Source: Arsenophonus sp. NC-PE1-MAG3 (GTDB taxonomy: Bacteria; Pseudomonadota; Gammaproteobacteria; Enterobacterales; Enterobacteriaceae). Taken from it: a DNA stretch of 64,000 bases. The stretch is taken from assembly GCA_052174455.1 (NCBI GenBank), contig JBQMRP010000057.1:42778-106777 (forward strand), given 5' to 3'. A program made the translations under genes and the position numbers. Shown one piece after another: positions 62,237 through 64,000 of the stretch (position 1 is the first letter of the stretch; each line of letters opens with the position of its first letter). Under the pieces are notes generated by a model. That model was not told the origin of the DNA. It was given only the letters and a program-made list of their open reading frames with translations, and made no database searches.

Positions 62237-62481
62237 ATTCATCAACATTATCTTGTTTTTATCCTTTAGAAAAGTAAATTCGAATACGCATCAATACTTA
62301 GATAAAGTAGATTTAGGCTCTTTGTTGGCCTGAATGGTAGTTCTGATTTTTACGTGTTATAATTGCCCTGACATGGATCCTTACAATCATAATATTTTAC
62401 CATCAATTATATCCATCAGTAACTATCTTGTCATGAACAGATCTGTACGCCGAGACGTATATAATAATCCTGAACAAAACA
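62237..62481 (-). mobile_element. rve-type (IS481-like) IS, left part (outer layer resumed)
   Basis: Begins ATTCATCA, a repeat of AATCATCA at 59822-59829, then ACATTATCTTG... colinear with 44391-44627. The terminus is CCTGAACAAAACA. Confidence 0.6.
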
Positions 62482-62499
62482 GTTTAATAAAAATATTAA

Positions 62500-63380
62500 T
62501 AAGTTATTAATTATACTCTATATGATTAAATTATATTTATTAAAGTTGTTAACTAAGCTTGAAAGATTATGATCATGTTAAAATCTATATTTGTACGCTT
62601 TTAAATCCATTATCTCTTCTTATTTTAATTAACCTTATCGCTGATTATTATTACTTTTTTACTCACTAGTAAAAAATCAGAAAATATTTAGTATCTTTCA
62701 AAGATTTAGCATTTTTTAGTTAGTTAACTATTTTATTAGTAAATTTTTAACTTTTCGTTATTAATTATTATTAATAAAAGGTGTATTTAATACAAATGTT
62801 ATTAACTTTACATCTTAAAAAACATCTAATATATCGTTATACTTAGATTGGAATTTATTTACAATTCTAATTGATCACCAAGCGTTAACTACTATTAATA
62901 ATAGTATGGTTAGATTGACGGAAATAATTGCCTCTATTCTCAATATTTAAAAGTTAGATTAATTTTTACTGACGAGCTAAATAATAATTTATTAAGTAAC
63001 ACTAAAGTAGCAGCTTAACTCGCACTCTCATTAGAGTTCTCAAAATAGATATCTTATCTTAATCAAAGCTAGAAACTCAAAAAAAAGAACTCTTCAAAGT
63101 AAAAAACGTTGATCGACAAATCTTTTCTCTTATTACTAATTTCATCTAACCATATGGTACACGCTGAATATATTTATTCCTATAAATAGGTATCCCATTA
63201 CTTCACCTGCCAATTGACTTACCATTACTTCATACCATTACAACCTTTGCAAAAGCTCTTCCCATTGATTTACTTTTTCTACTCATAACGCATTTAGTAT
63301 GAGTTTATTTACTCAAAATGACAGTTAATAAAAATTAATAATATCCAACCTTTAATGCTTAGTTTTAATCCAGTAACCAT
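62500..63380 (-). pseudogene. possible ycbJ remnant downstream of kdsB
   Basis: No ORF is present. Only one weak minus-strand patch (KSMGRAFAKVVMV.SNGKSIGR.SNGIPIYRN) resembles E. coli YcbJ (GKARQLAWKTTMLARSGTVRMPTIYGV). Position fits the kdsB-ycbJ order. Confidence 0.25.
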
Positions 63381-63416
63381 GAATAGTTTAAAAAAACTAC
63401 TAACATCAAAATAATT

Positions 63417-64000
63417 TTAAGTAGAAAAAAATGCTTCCCGAACAGCATCAAGATCCTGCTGATTATCAATCCCAGGCCTTGGTGTTTTAACTGCTAAGGA
63501 AACATGAATTTTTTTACCATACCACAATACACGCAACTGCTCAAGCTTTTCTATCGTTTCTAACGAACTTATCGGCCATTGGATATAACGACGAATAAAA
63601 CTAGCTCGATAAGCATAAATACCAATATGACGTAAAAAATGCTGGCTAATTTTTACTTTGCTAACTGCAAAGTTATCACGTTCCCAGGGAATAGCAGCTC
63701 TAGAAAAATATAAAGCGTTACTCTGTTTATCCGTCACTACTTTTACAATAGCGGGATCAAATACTTCATGGTGGTCATTTATTGGTGCTGCTAATGTTGC
63801 CATATCAACATTATTTAGTATTAGATTGCTAGCTAACTGATTAATTATCTCTGGTGGAATTAAAGGTTCATCACCTTGAACATTAATAATAATTTCTTTA
63901 TCAGAAAATTTATATTTTTCAATAACTTCTGCTAATCTTTCAGTCCCTGATTGATGAGAAACATTAGTCATACAAACTTCACCATTTGCTGCTTTCACCA
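63417..64000 (-). CDS. kdsB: 3-deoxy-manno-octulosonate cytidylyltransferase (CMP-KDO synthetase), 5' end beyond the window
   Basis: GEVCMT...[14 protein letters not shown]...[10 protein letters not shown]...[12 protein letters not shown]...[16 protein letters not shown]...[14 protein letters not shown], colinear with E. coli KdsB residues from about 60 to the end. Confidence 0.93.
   Translation of the reverse strand, partial: VKAANGEVCMTNVSHQSGTERLAEVIEKYKFSDKEIIINVQGDEPLIPPEIINQLASNLILNNVDMATLAAPINDHHEVFDPAIVKVVTDKQSNALYFSRAAIPWERDNFAVSKVKISQHFLRHIGIYAYRASFIRRYIQWPISSLETIEKLEQLRVLWYGKKIHVSLAVKTPRPGIDNQQDLDAVREAFFST

Overview
AT-rich (about 30% GC by eye) Enterobacterales-type DNA that looks like a host-restricted symbiont in mid-stage genome decay. 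Intact conserved genes sit in islands: secE-nusG-rplKAJL-rpoBC (264-12406), fmt, trkA, amiC, asnA, ydiK, sufABCDSE-ldtE-lpp (35947-46022) and the 3' part of kdsB. Most of the rest has no ORF longer than about 130 aa. I read it with frameshift tolerance against E. coli proteins recalled from memory. It resolves into two classes. (i) Pseudogenes: def, rsmB, an initiator tRNA-fMet, pykF, mukB, mukE, mukF, cmoM and probably ycbJ. (ii) Four families of decayed mobile elements: an IS256-family element (15 copies or fragments, about 13.8 kb), an rve/IS481-like element (4 copies), an IS1595-family element (2 copies), and a roughly 1.95-kb reverse-transcriptase element resembling a group II intron protein (2 copies). 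By my hand count, mobile-element debris is about 37% of the window, and no transposase or RT ORF is intact. Several insertions are nested, and the IS-in-IS and IS-in-gene cases keep recognisable 7-8 bp target duplications: IS256 in IS1595 in IS481-like (59000-62481), IS1595 in pykF, and two IS256 copies in rsmB. The RT element inside an IS481-like copy (41657-44627) shows no clear duplication. The gene blocks come from at least six separate E. coli neighbourhoods, and almost every junction carries IS debris. I saw no CRISPR array, rRNA or functional tRNA, and I cannot support any novel defence or secretion system. The most unusual items are the RT element, which lacks the 5' ribozyme region expected of a group II intron, and a dead def plus a dead tRNA-fMet next to an intact fmt. 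Boundaries of decayed elements were aligned by hand and are good to about +-10-30 bp.
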